From: Mobula birostris | Lineage: Eukaryota | Direction of reading: 5' to 3' | Assembly (NCBI RefSeq): GCF_030028105.1 | Contig: NC_092371.1 | Coordinates: 14,715,884 to 14,779,883, forward strand | DNA length: 64,000 nt | In this document: positions 23,581 through 36,559 of the stretch, piece by piece | How the letters are laid out: the number at the start of each line of letters is the position of its first letter | How positions within the stretch are numbered: the first letter of the stretch is position 1 | Made by a program: the position numbers and the translations under genes | The notes under the pieces: model-generated | Told to the model about the DNA's origin: nothing | Databases searched by the model: none | What the model saw: only the letters and a program-made list of their open reading frames with translations

Positions 23581-24424
23581 GTTTCTTTCCTGCATGATGG
23601 TTTATCATATTTTGTCGTCTTCTGCTAATTCAAGCATTTTTCATATTTGGGGAAGATGTGATCGAGATAGATATCGTTTTAAGCAGTGCAAATCCGTACC
23701 GAGACAATTCGGAAGTACGCCTTGATCTTAAAGCATGAAACATAGGAACTGCATTTGGCCATTCAGCCCATCACATTTGACACGTCATTCCATCATGGCT
23801 TATTTATTATTCATCCCAACCTATCCCCTGACTTCTCAACGGAATCGTTGACGCCCTTATTCATCAAGACCCTCTTAACCTCCGCTTTATATAACTCAAA
23901 TATGAAGCCTTCACAGCTGTCCGTGGCAAAAAATTCCACACCTTATTTTGATGCATATGGTGGAAATAAGCTGCTTCTCCTCTTCCCCGTAATGATCTGG
24001 TGACAGAAGGGACTCAAATATTTCCTCGCTCCACAGTTCTTGACGAACTGAATGCCTCCGTCTCACCCTCAGTTGCAGTCCGTAATGGCCGAATCCCTTT
24101 GCTACTCCCAATGAAACAGGTCCCTTGGGTTGTAAGAACAAACTGTGCATGTATCTGACTCAGAAGGTTACACTACCGGTGTTGGGGACTGGTTTATGTC
24201 AGCTCATATTTTTCTGAATGGCTTTCAGCTCTCCCCATGTTACCTTTCTGCACCTGTGTATCAGTTCTAGGTAACATCTTTCACTTGGCTCACGTGAACT
24301 GTTAAGGCACGAATATGTTCCCATTGGCATCTCCGAGATTTAATCAAATCAGCGAATTATTAGATGGCTGTCGTAAATAGGGGGACTAGGAAGAGGCACT
24401 GGAGTAAATATAAGGCTAATCTGT

Positions 24425-24899
24425 ACTCCTACCATTTTATGCGATACCACCTGTGTGCTCATGCCCTTCTGCCGCTGTTCGAGATATTCTGCCTTCAGAG
24501 ACGCACTTCTGCATCATTGTTCTGCTCTGACCTCTCTCATTAACAAGGCTTTTCAGCACACAGAACTGCTACTCACTGGATGTTTTAATTTTTTTCTTTA
24601 TTTGCTTGTTTTTCGCAGCATTCTCTGTAAACTCTAGTAACAGTTGTGCGTGAAAATTCCAGCAGACTATCGGAGATACTCGAACCGCTCTATCTGGCAC
24701 CAACAGTCATTCCGGTCAAATTCACTTAGAGCACTTTTCTTCCCAATACTGTGTGTGGTCTAAATAGCAACTGATCCTTTTGACCCTGTATGTGACCTTT
24801 ATATATATATATTGAGTTATGGCCATGTGATTGACTCATTAGATATGTACTTTAATAGTCGGGTAGATAGGTGTACAAAATAAGTGGCCACTGAGTGTA
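24425..24899 (-). mobile_element. Tc1-like non-autonomous DNA transposon remnant
   Basis: TIR end AAGTGGCCACTGAGTG followed by TA at 24882-24899. The minus strand carries the Tc1 N-terminal ...RVYREWC.K-type sequence. Confidence 0.65.
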
Positions 24900-25865
24900 T
24901 TTCTGTAAGGTGGAACTATTGAATTCCTAAATCTCTCAATTGCACTCAATACTTAACTTGTATTAACGAAAGTGGAGCACTGTGAGCAGTGTTAACTGCG
25001 ATCCCCGAAAACTTTAGCAAAACAGATCACCCGGTCAGGCACCTGCAGCCCTGCATAATATATTACAGGAATGAGTACATCAATGAATTAATGGGTGTAA
25101 AGCTCTTGTTGAGCTGCTGAAATTCTAATAGGGGCCATCGAAATGAAAATCTGCTACAATTTTGCAATGCTGACGCTGCTTTGGCAAGTTAGGTCATACT
25201 CCGGTCACCGCTGGTTCTCTACTTCCACCACATGTTCACCAGTAGTAATTCGAGCAGTTGAATTCTCTGCTCCACCTCCGCCACATTTGCTAACCCTTTA
25301 CTGAGAGCCGTGCAACAATTTGTCAGTTTGAAATATACCCTGAGAACTCCAGGCATAAAGCCCGTTGGTTGCACATATTGGATAATATTGAATGACTAAC
25401 TGAGTCCTCGAAAAAGAAACTGTACTCTGCACCTTATGAATAGTTTCAGCACCATGTGCCTTTCAGTAAGAGAGTATCAGATCTGTAGACCGATTCAATC
25501 ATTTGCGCTCGTTATCTTTCTAGTTGTCTCGAAAATTATTTTGCACTAAACAATCTCGTTATTTGACAACCCCCCCCCCACCCCCCACCCACAACCAGGC
25601 AACGAGCCCCAACCATGAGACTGTCGATGTCGATGTGCGCCGACGAACGACTGAACTCAGGTGCATACGTACCACGAATTTCCATATCGAGACAGTTTTA
25701 GATAAGAATATCAATAGAACATCGGTGGCTTGACCGAGCAACAGTGAGTCGAACCTTTCTCGAAACACCAGGACTCCACAATAATTGTCAATGTGGAGTC
25801 TGATTTAAATAATCATAGTACACAGAAAACACGTGTCATTCAAAATAAACTCGACAAGATTATGA

Positions 25866-28462
25866 AATTCGCCCTTCGTCCTCGATGAGGACTTCGACAC
25901 TATTCGCCACTTTGAGACTGGATGTGATGTGCCCGAAGTTGACTGGTCAGGGCAGTTCGGTCACGGAATGTCCTGCTACATGCTCGGCAGATACGTGTAG
26001 GCACTACAGTTATTGCGCTGGTGGCTCTGGACTTGTGTAGCTCGCGCTCATGTGCTTCAGCTGTTCGCCTTCCTTCGTAAGCTTGACAGCCCTTGTGGAT
26101 CAGGCCGCGCCAGATAGGGGGGTTTTGTGCCAGCATTTCCCAGGTGTTCCTGTCTCCGTCAAGCGACTTCAGGGAGGCCTTCAGTGTGTCTTTGTAACAT
26201 TTCCTCTGCCCTCCCTGCGAGCGTTTTCCAGCACAGAGTTCCCAAAAAGAGCTGCTTGGGTATGCCCTATTCCGGCATGCGGACGACATGATCTTCCCAC
26301 TGGGTCTGTGCTCTCATCAGCAGTGTGTGGACTGCTGATAGGCTTGCTCTAGAGAGAACTTCAGTGTCTGGCACTTTGCCTTGCTATCTGATGCCTAATA
26401 TTCTGCGAAGACAAGTCATGTGGAAATGGTTAAGCTGTCATGCATGCCTTCGATACACAGTCCACGATTCACAGGCATAAGGGAGGGCAGCGAGTACCAC
26501 GGCTCTTTAGACCTTCAGTTTTGTTGCTGGGCTGATTTCTCGACGTTCCCATACAGTGGAGCGCAGTCTGCCGAAAGCGGAACTTGCCTTTGCTATTCAG
26601 CAGTTAACTTCTGGATCAATGGACACTGCTGGGGAAAAGGTGCTTCCAAGGTAAGTAAACTGGTCCACTGCTTGTAGTTTCTGTCCTTTGATTGTGATTT
26701 TGGGTTCTGTGTACAGTGCATGAGGAGCAGGCTCGTGCATAACGTCTGTCTTTTTGATGTTGATGGTGGGTGGAAAGTTGTTACAAGCCGTGGAGAATTT
26801 GTCCATATTGACCTGCATCTCTCGCTCTGAACCAGCATACAGGGCGCAGTCATTGGCAAAGAGGAAGTCTCCCAAAACAGTCTCATTCACCTTGGTAATA
26901 GCTTGGAGTCTCCTCAGGTTGAAGAGCTTCCCATCCACTCTGTACTTGAGGCTGATTCCAGCATCACTGTCCTGGAAGGAATTATTCCATATTGCAGTAA
27001 ACATCATGCTGAACAATCTGGGTGCGAGCACACAGTCTTGTTTGAAGCCACTGGTGACTGGGAATGCCTTGGAGGATTCTCCGCCGTCCAGCACTCTGGC
27101 CATCAAGCCATCATGGAACTGGCGTACCATCTGAATGAATTTGGCTGTGCAGCCGAACTTTGACATGATCCTCCACAGGCCTTGTCGGCAGACAATGTCG
27201 AAGGCTTTCGTGAGGTTAACAAAAGTTGTGTAGAGTTCACAATTCTGCTCCTGACACTTCTCCTGAAGTTGGTGCGCGGCACAGATCATGTCAATAGTCC
27301 CACGACCTCTGTGAAAGCCACACTGTGACTCTGACAGCAGGTCCTGCTCCAGATGAGTGACCAGACGATTTAACAGGACTTTTGCAAGAGTTTTTTTTTT
27401 TGCGATGGAGAGCAACGAGATTCCTCGGTGATTGCCCTTCCTCCTGTAGAGGTGTACGATGGATGCATCTTTAAGTTCCTGAGGAATGGATCCTTTCTTC
27501 CAAAAAGACTGGAACATCTTGGTGAGCTTCTCTATAAGTACAGGACCACCACCTTTGTAAATTTCTGCAGGTATGGCGTCTGCCCCTGGGGCTTTGCCAC
27601 TGGATAACTTTCGTGACTTCGGCTACTACCGGCGGTTCATCCATGGCGCTGTTGATGTCGACCTGGGGAATCCTGTCTATCGCCTCATTGTTAATTGATG
27701 ACGGTGGGTTGAGGACGGCTTCAAAGATCCTGCCCAAATTTGCAGGATCTGAGCCTTCACTGTAATTAGAGTTTTACCATCTGTACTCAGGAGGGGAGAA
27801 CTGCCGAGAGACAGAGGTCCGAAGAGAGTGTTGAATGCTTCATAGAATCGTTTCAATTCGTTTCTGTCAGTGTATCCCTGTATTTCATCTGCCTTGGCAC
27901 TCCACCAGGCATGTTGCATTTCACGCAGTTTATTCTGGACTGCCCTGCGAGCACTGGTAAATGCGTTTTTCTTCGCACCTGATGATGGGTCGTTCTGGTG
28001 GGCACGATGAAGGCGGTGCTTTTCCACAAGCTGTACCTGTATCTCTTCAGCATTCTTATCGAACCAGTCTTGCTGCTTACCGGTAGAGGGCCCTAGCATC
28101 GTCAGTGCAGATGAATGGACATCATCCCAGAAGCGTACCCAGTCGTCTGCAGCGCTGCCTGCAAGGTGTAGGTCAGCAAGCTTGGATTCTAAGTCTTCAG
28201 CCAGTGCTGAAGCTATGCTAGGATTTTTCAGCCTGGCCACGTTAATTATTTTCATAGCCTTGCTTCCTTGTGATCACCTCTTCAACCTGACGCAGAGCAT
28301 CATTTTGGAGACAACGAGACTATGATCTGTGTAGCAGTCAGCACGACCCATGGCCTTGGTGATTCTGACATCGTGCCTGTCTTTTCTCCTGACAATGAGA
28401 TAGTCGGTAAGATGCCAATACTTAGAGCGTGGGTAGATCCAGTAGGTCTTGTTTCGTGTAGG
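25866..28462 (-). mobile_element. 5'-truncated RTE (BovB-like) LINE, APE C-terminus and RT, frameshifted
   Basis: ORFs 28274-28465, 27677-28255, 26597-27517 and 25900-26289 contain HPRSKYWHLTDYLIVR, ELKDASIVHLYRRKG, ESQCGF, LQEKCQEQ, NLTKAFD and a C-terminal CRACSRTF Zn-knuckle. Confidence 0.9.
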
Positions 28463-28669
28463 CAAGCAGCTCTCCCCATGTTATCTTTCTGCACCTGTGT
28501 ATCTGTTCTGGGTAACATCTTTCACTTGTCTCACGTGAACTGTTATGGCACAAATATGTTCCCACTAGCATATCCGAGATTAATCAAATGAGGAATTATT
28601 AGATGGCAGCACTAAATAGGGGGATTAGGAAGAGCCAATGAAGTAAATACAATGCTAACCTGTGCTCTT

Positions 28670-28975
28670 ACCATTTTATGCGATGCCACCTGTATGTTCA
28701 TGGCCTTCTTCTACTGTTCGCCATATTCTGCCTTCAGAGATACACTTCTGCATCATTGTTCTCCTCTGACCTTTTTCATTAACAAGGATTTTCATCACAC
28801 AGAACTGCTATTCATTGGATGTTGTTATTTTTTGTTTATTTGTTCGTTTTTCGCATCATTCTCTGTAAACTCTAGTAACAGTTGTGCGTGAAACTTCCAG
28901 GATAGTAGTGGTTTCCGAGATACACGAACGGTTACATCTGGCACCAACAGTCAGTCCGGTCAAATTCACTTGGAG
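28670..28975 (-). mobile_element. Tc1-like remnant, duplicate of 24425-24730
   Basis: Direct sequence match. The minus-strand peptide is TVGARCNRSCISETTTILEVSRTTVTRVYRE. Confidence 0.6.
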
Positions 28976-29543
28976 CAGGCGGAAAGCTGTGCAGAGACAG
29001 AAACAAGAGTTTTTTTTCATAGTGAGTCCAATGATGGCTTGCCTGAGTACCACCGCGAGAGGAATCGTTCTCGAAAAACCAGGACACCAGCATAAGTGCT
29101 AATGAGGAATCCTCCTTAAATAATATCAGTACGCAGAAATCCCGTGCCAATCAAAATAAACTTGACAAGATGAAACAGACAGCACAAGGGTCAACGGCAC
29201 GAGATACGAAACGTATTAGCAAATGCAGGTGCACAAGCAAGTAGGGCCATTAAAGAGACATCATCTACTCGAAAGGCCAGTTCTGCGTCTGAATTATGCA
29301 GTCAACAATCTTATAGCTGCCCATATGATACCTAATTTTCTTCATATTACGGATTGATATACATATATTTTATGTATACTTCAATTTCCCAATCACATCT
29401 CTGCCCGGTTTTGTATCGCCCACAACTTTGGATACATAATACTAGATACAGAACCCCTGAGAATATGCTTGGTAGTTAAATGGAATATAAAGAGCTGAGG
29501 ACAAATCAGAGATCTTTACAGCACCAAAGTTATAAATACAATA

Positions 29544-32166
29544 GGGATACTATTACAGCTACAGAAAGGGTGCGTAATGTAGCAGGATCCTTTTTTGAGT
29601 CAGTATGGGCGGAAGTCAGGAACAGGAAGGGAGCAGTTACTCCATTGGGGGTACTTTATAGGCCCCCTGTAGCAGCAGAGAAACAGAAGAGGAGATTGGG
29701 AGGCAGATTTTGGAAAGATGCAAAATAACAGGGTTGTTATCATGGGCGACTTCCCAAATATTGATTGGCACCTGATTAACTCCAAAGGTTTAGGTGGGAC
29801 AGAGTTTACTAAGTGTGTCCAGGATGGATTCCTGTCACAGTATGTGGACACGCCGACGAGGGGGAATGCCATACTAGATCTAGTACTTGGTAATGAACCG
29901 GGTCAGGACACAGATCTCTCAGTGGGTGAGCATCTGGGGGACACTGCCCACCGCTCCCTGGCCTTTAGCATTATCATGGAAAAGGGTAGAATCCGAGAGG
30001 ACAGGAAATTTTTTAATTGGGGAAGGGCAAATTATGAGTCTATAAGGCTAGAACTTGCGGGTGTGAATTGGGATGATGTTTTTGCAGGGAAATGTACTAT
30101 GGACATGTGGTCGATCTTTAGAGATCTCTTGCAGGATGTTAGGGATAAACTTGTCCCAGTGAGGAGGATAAAGAATGGTAGGGTGAAGAAACCATGAGTG
30201 AGGTGGAAAATCTAGTCAGGTAGAAGAAGGCAGCATCCATGAGGTTTAGGAAGCAGGGATCAGATGGGTCTATTGAGGAATATAGGGAAGCAAGAAAGGA
30301 GCTTAAGAAGGGGCTGAGAAGAGCAAGAAGGGGGCATGAGAAGGCCTTGGCGAGTAGGGAAAAGGAAAACCCCAAGGCATTTTTCAATTATGTGAAGAAA
30401 AAAAAGGATGACAGGAGTGAAGGTAAGAATGATTAGAGATAAAGGTGGGAAGATGTACCTGGAGGCTGTGGAAGTGAGCGAGGTCTTCAATAAATACTTC
30501 TCTTCGGTATTCACCAATGAAAGCGAACTTGATGATGGTGCGGACAATATGAGTGAGGTTGATGTTCTGGAGCATGTTGATATTAAGGGAGAGGAGGTGT
30601 TGGAGTTGTTAAAATACTGTAGGACATATAAGTCCCCGGAATATTCCCCAGGCTGCTCCACGAGGCGAGAGATGTGATTGCTGAGCCTCTGACTAGTATC
30701 TTTATGTCCTCGTTGTCCACGGGAATGGTACCGGAGGATTGGAAGGAGGCGAATTTTGTCTCCTTGTTCAAAAAAGTTAGTAGGGGTAGTCCGGGTAATT
30801 ATAAACCAGTGAGCCTTACGTCTGTGGTGGGAAAGCTGTTGGAAAAGATTCTTAGAAACAGGATCTCTGGGCATTTAGAGAATCATGGTCTGATCAGGGA
30901 CAGTTATCATGGCTTTGTGAAGGGCAGATCGTGTCTAACAAGCCTGATAGAGTTCTTTGAGGAGGTGACCAGGCATATAGATGAGGGTAGAGCAGTGGAT
31001 GTGATCTGTATGGATTTTAGTAAGGCATTTGACAAGGTTCCACACGGTAGGCTTATTCAGAAAGTCAGAAGGCATGGGATCCAGGGATGTTTGGCCAGGT
31101 GGATTCAGAATTGGCTTGCCTGCAGAAGACAGAGGGTCGTGGTGGAGGAAGTACATTCAGATTGGAGGGTTGTGACGAGTGGTGTCCCACAAGGACCGGT
31201 TCTGAGACCTCTACTTTTCATGAATTTTGTTAACGACATGGATGTGGGAGCAGAAGGGTGGGTTGGCAAGTTTGCAGACGACACAAAGGTTGGTGGTGTT
31301 GTAGATACTGTAGAGGATTGTCAAAGATTGCAAAGAGACATTGATAGGATGCAGAAGTGAGCTGAGAAGTGGCAGATGGAGTTCAACGCGAAGAAGTGTG
31401 AGGTGGTACACTTTGGAAGGACAAACTCCAAGGCAGAGTACAAAGTAAATGGCAGGATACTTGGTAGTGTGGAGGAGCTGAGGGATCTGGGGGGGGTACA
31501 TGTCCACAGCACCCTGAAAGTTGCCTCACAGGTGGATAGGGTAGTTAAGAAAGCTTATGGACTGTTAGCTTTCATAAGTCGAGGGATAGAGTTTAAGAGT
31601 CGCGATGTAATGATGCAGCTCTATAAATCTCTGGTTAGGTCACACTTGGAGTACTGTGTCCAGTTCTGGTCGCCACACTATAAGAAGGATGTGGAAGCAT
31701 TGGAAAGGGTACAGAGGAGATTTACCAGGATGCTTCCTGGTTCAGAGAGTATGCATGATGATCAGAGATTAAGGGAGCTAGGGCTTTACTCTTTGGAGAG
31801 AAGAAGGATGAGAGGAGACATGATAGAGGTGTACAAGATAATAAGAGGAATATATAGAGTGGGTAGCCAGCCCCTCTTCACCAGGGCACCCCTGCTTAAT
31901 ACAAGAGGATGTGGCTTTAAGGTAAGGGGTGGGATGTTCAAGGGGGATATTAGAGGAAGGTTATTTACTCAGAGAGTGGTTGGTGCGTGGAATGCACTAC
32001 CTGAATCAGTAGTGGAGGCAGATATACTGGTGAAGTTTAAGAGACTACTAGACAGGTATATGGAGGAATTTAAGGTGGAGGGTTATACGGTAGGCAGGGT
32101 TTGAGGGTCGACACAACATTGTGGGCCGAATGGTCTGTACTGTGCTGTAGTATTCTATGTTCTATT
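29544..32166 (+). mobile_element. 5'-truncated CR1 LINE (APE and RT), relatively young, disrupted
   Basis: ORFs 29718-30197, 30674-31360 (MDFSKAFDKVPH, KFADDTK) and 31376-32104. 3' tail TATTCTATGTTCTATT, candidate TSD AATA, and an empty site at ~725-735. Confidence 0.92.
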
Positions 32167-34330
32167 AATAATTTCTGTAGATGCTGGAAATCCAAAGCAA
32201 AACAAACAAGATGCTGGAAGAACTCAGCAGGCCAGGCAACATCGATGGAAATGAATACACAGACGAAGTTTCGGGCTGAGACCCTTCTTGAGGACCAAGC
32301 CGATGATGCAGTTTCACAGTGATTTTTAATATTTGCCCCCTGCCTTTAACTATTCTTCTTTTCCAGTTAATATATTACCCCAGTTAATTTGAAACTGCGG
32401 CAAAGCACAATCTGCCGGAGGAACTCAATATGTCAAGCAGCATCTATGGAAAGGAATAGAGTAGCCGTTTCGGGCCAAGACACACCACGTAACCTGATGA
32501 AGTGACTCGAACTGAAACGTTAATTCTATTCTTCTTCATTGTTCTTGCCTGCCCTGCTGAATTCCTCCAGCAGTGTGCGTGAGCGAATGTGAGTGCGTGT
32601 GCGCGTGTGTTTTTGCTCTGGATCTCCAGCATCTTCAGCTTTCTTGTGTTCCTGAATATACCACGGTGTCCAATGTCTGTGTCATAAATGCAAAATGTTC
32701 TCTGGAGTCCAACACTCAGCCACAGTGCTTTGAATCTGTGATCCATCGCTCAGTCATGGTTGTTTTCTTTTCATTTATGCAGGGCCGTGTGTGTATTTAA
32801 ATCACGTTTTAACGCAATTTAGCGTATCTAGAGGGTAGGAAGTGTCACATTATCAGTTGTGGCTTCATAAGGGCGTAAGGTTATCAGTGAAAACGAGCTG
32901 AGGTACTGGACAGTTGGAGTGTGATTGAAGAGAAGTAGGTTCTGGAAGTTTGTACCCGCTTCCGCTTTTTGCTTCTGAGACCCGTAGGGTCGAACGGCTT
33001 CCTTCTGCTGCTACGTCACAGGGTCTATGGAATGAATAATCTCTCTTGGATGTACGGTATTGACTGAGGAACACTCTTAACTTTTCTATGCGAATTCTGG
33101 AAGTTACGACTGGCCTCCGAACAGCTCATTTGGGAATTTATAAATGCCAGCAAAAAATGGTAATTCCTGGGATATCAGCAATCAGATGGGAATTCGGAAA
33201 AGACATTTTTACTCTGTTTCATGTATGTCAATTGCAAGCACGCCATACCATGTCCTTACTTACTTTGTTTTCCAGGGGTGAACTGATGTTAAGGGCTGCA
33301 GGAAATGGAATCCCACATGTCTTCGCCATTGAACCTGGTTTGCCGATTACATCTCGTGTAGAGCTGCCGCCCACCGCTTCAAGCGGCAGATGCTACTTGG
33401 AGAAAATCACCTTTCTCCTGGCAATTGAAACGATTATGCCCAATATGACTTGCGATTCCGTAGCAGTATTTTTTGACTGAATACTACCGCTGTAACTCCG
33501 CCGTGGTATGTCCCAAGCCGGGCTGCAAAAGGAGGAGGTCTGGGCATTGGGGCTTGCTACCACTACCCGTAAACCCCAGAGCTACAGAAACACCATGAGA
33601 AGATCCAAAGAACCTACCCATGTGGAGGAATTATCTGTCGGCGTCTTGTGCCCTAGTAGGGGTGATGCGGTTAAAACAAAGAAAAAAGAAATTCGCTATG
33701 CAGCTGACACGCCTAATTTGGTGTTATGAGAAATAAATCTGCAGAACCAGTATTGATTCAGAAAATAAATTTATCACTGGACATCCAAGAAAGGTGTCAA
33801 TCTGATGTGTTTTAATTCTTCCATGCATTTAACTGTTTACGATCTTTTCATTGCGAACACGGGATAGGAGAAGCAGGCACAAAAAAAGGGCCCTGACAGA
33901 GATGTTGTTGCGCCATCCTTCCCCGAAAGATGGTGCGAGGGATCGCAACAAGTACATTTATATGGTACCTTTCACTTGTCACGTGGTTCCTATCATGAAA
34001 ATCAGTCCCGTTTTGCACAAAGGAATATTGCTCCGGAGTGTGCGGAGTTTAAAGATCGATACCAGGAGCAATACCACAGCTTCTTATAACGTAACGCAAT
34101 TTAGGGATTTAATTGTCTGCGTATGGGACCAAACTCTTTAGTCTCGCTTTCATGATATATCTTGTCCTTCCTAGAGCAAAGGCAAGTATGTGATTATTCT
34201 TAATTGTCACATATATATCGGCACATACAGTGAAATACAAAGTTTGGGTTAACAACCAGGACAACTGAGGCAACCCACAAACGTCGTAATGCTTTAAACG
34301 TCAGTATATCATACCCACAAGAAATGTAAA

Positions 34331-34772
34331 CACTCAGTGCCAACTTTATTAGATATTGCTGATCGTTACGGCAAATGTCTAATCGACAAGTCATGTGGCA
34401 GCAACTCAATCCATAGAAGAATTCAGACATGATCAAGAGGTTCGTTTATTGTGGAGACCAAACATCAAAATGAGGATCTAGGTGGCATTAGTCCTGACAT
34501 GATTGTGGATGAGAGACGGGGTGGTTTTTACGGGAAGCTACGTATCTACTGGATTTTTTTCAGGCTCAAAAATCTCTGGAGTGCAAGAGAATGGTGCGAA
34601 AAGAAAAACAAAAAAAAGATCAGTGAACGACAGGTCTGTGGGCGAAAACACCTTTTTACTATGATAGATTAGAGGAGAATGACTATACTGATGCAAGCTG
34701 ACAGGATATAACCATGCGTTACAAGAGTGATGTGCGAAATAATGAACAGAGGCCTCAATAAAACTGAGTTGC
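34331..34772 (+). mobile_element. Tc1-like non-autonomous remnant
   Basis: Starts CACTCAGTGCCAACTTTATTAG (the TIR seen at 24882-24897) and contains GAGAATGGTGCGAAAA...GTGGGCGAAAAC. Confidence 0.6.
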
Positions 34773-34980
34773 ACCCGCAACCACCAAAACGTTAAAACAG
34801 TGCCAGATTATCATTACGCTTTATGTTGAATGCAAAAGCCATCATCCGACTAATAACGTTAATCAATCACGTTGAAACACTCTTCACGTTCTTTGAATTG
34901 AGATAGATTCACTTATTTCTCCCACGCGAGCATATCCATATTTCATTCACGTTGAACATGTCTCTCGTTCATGTTCTGCT

Positions 34981-35557
34981 TGTGAAACACAAGTTTTAGT
35001 TGCTCTGTGCTGTCTCCTTGAATGATCAAGTGAATGGTTGAGAACTATTGGTTCTCAAGGTTTCACTGCTCACCCAGTGGTCTCTGTTTAGAAGCAGTGT
35101 TTGGGTTATGGTTAGAGATAAAGGACGCTTTGTAATGTGAGCTTGGTCTATCGTTTGGTATGAGATGAAGAGAGTAGACGCTAGGGAGAACCGGTCGTAG
35201 GACACGACCCGGTGGAGAGATTGTGATTAGACCGAGACGGACGGCAGGAGCAACTGAGGACCGATGTATTGAGGTCCAACTGCTGCACATTTGACTATTT
35301 AATTATAATAGGCTCTTTTTGTTTTTTCTTTGCTTTCTTCACTAATCCTACAGTTAAAATTCATAAATATATTTCCTTTAATCATATGCAGTGTGCTGTC
35401 TGTTGTTTCTTGCACTGACTTTTACAGGGTTGCAAATTACACAGCATGAACAGATACCGTCTTTTGGGGTGGGAGAGCCATCTCAATCTCCCGGGTTTGG
35501 CGGGACCAAATGTGTCTTCCCGAGACATAAGCAGCCAAGGAAACCAGCGGGGTTTCA
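34981..35557. mobile_element. Putative solo LTR
   Basis: TGTGAAAC...GTTTCA inverted termini and LTR-like composition, but no clean TSD. Confidence 0.3.
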
Positions 35558-36559
35558 GTTTAATAAGAAGATGATTGCCACCACGGTGGCTCTTGCCAAG
35601 ATCCATCGTTATATCCGGAGATTTTGAAAAGTGGAAAATAATTCGCATAGCCTGCTGACGTTTAAGGAAAGCACTGCGAATCAAACCTATCATTCCTTTT
35701 CTTTTAAATTCTGAGCAGAAATGTTACTCATTAACAATGTCTGTGCTTCCTGCTGCCTCAGTTATGCAGTCAGCATATTGGATGATCCCACCCACCCGAG
35801 AAAATCTCTTTTCCCCCACCCTGCCCTCCCAACGGGCAGAAGATGCAAAACCCTGAAAGGACGTATGCCCAGAATCAAGGACAGCTTCGATCCACTGTCA
35901 TCAGACTTTTAAACTGTCTTTTTGAACGATTGGATGGACTCTTGGCTTCACAATCTCCCCTGTGATGGTCATTTACCTGCAGTGCATTTTATCTATACCG
36001 TTTACGTTTTATTCTGCATTGTAACTGGTTACGTTCTGTGATGCACATCACCCCAAATGGGGCATGGGCCGCCGACAGAAACTCGTCAGAGACCTGTCCT
36101 TAGCCTTGATCGGCCCTGTGGCTTCCGCTCTCACTACATTACCTCATACACCTTCCGGGGAAAATATTCTTCTCCCATGGATGCTGTCTTTGGACCTCCT
36201 GTTGAAGTTTCTCTAGCTCTGAGATTTCACAGGATGGATTTTCTCGTCTCATGCCCAACCTTCCACTTCTCGCAGCCAGGCTTGGGACAGTCCATGGGGG
36301 AGTTATTATTTTACACTGTTATCGCTCAATGCAGTAAGTAATGAACATATCTGTATGCACAGCATGCAAAATGATCTTTTCTCCGTATAACAATAAACGG
36401 ATACCAATACTGCTGAGCCATCCGTCCTGAAACAACTTTCAATGAAATCACAACTGACCTGCATCACAAACGTATTTGCTGTCCAGTCGCAGCTGAAACG
36501 CAGAGGAATGACATCTCCCCCAACACCAACCCATCACCAATACCACCACCAAGCATCTT

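Larger units (their letters stand above)
22015..33017 (-). repeat. Third, gene-less paralogous copy of the IgL upstream flank
   Basis: Inverted match to 1-4250 and direct match to 58630-59245, interrupted by RTE and CR1 insertions. Confidence 0.85.

Noticed and set aside
33088-33480. 130-aa ORF in the spacer
   Set aside because: It has no domain motifs, no convincing splice context and no paralogous support in the window.
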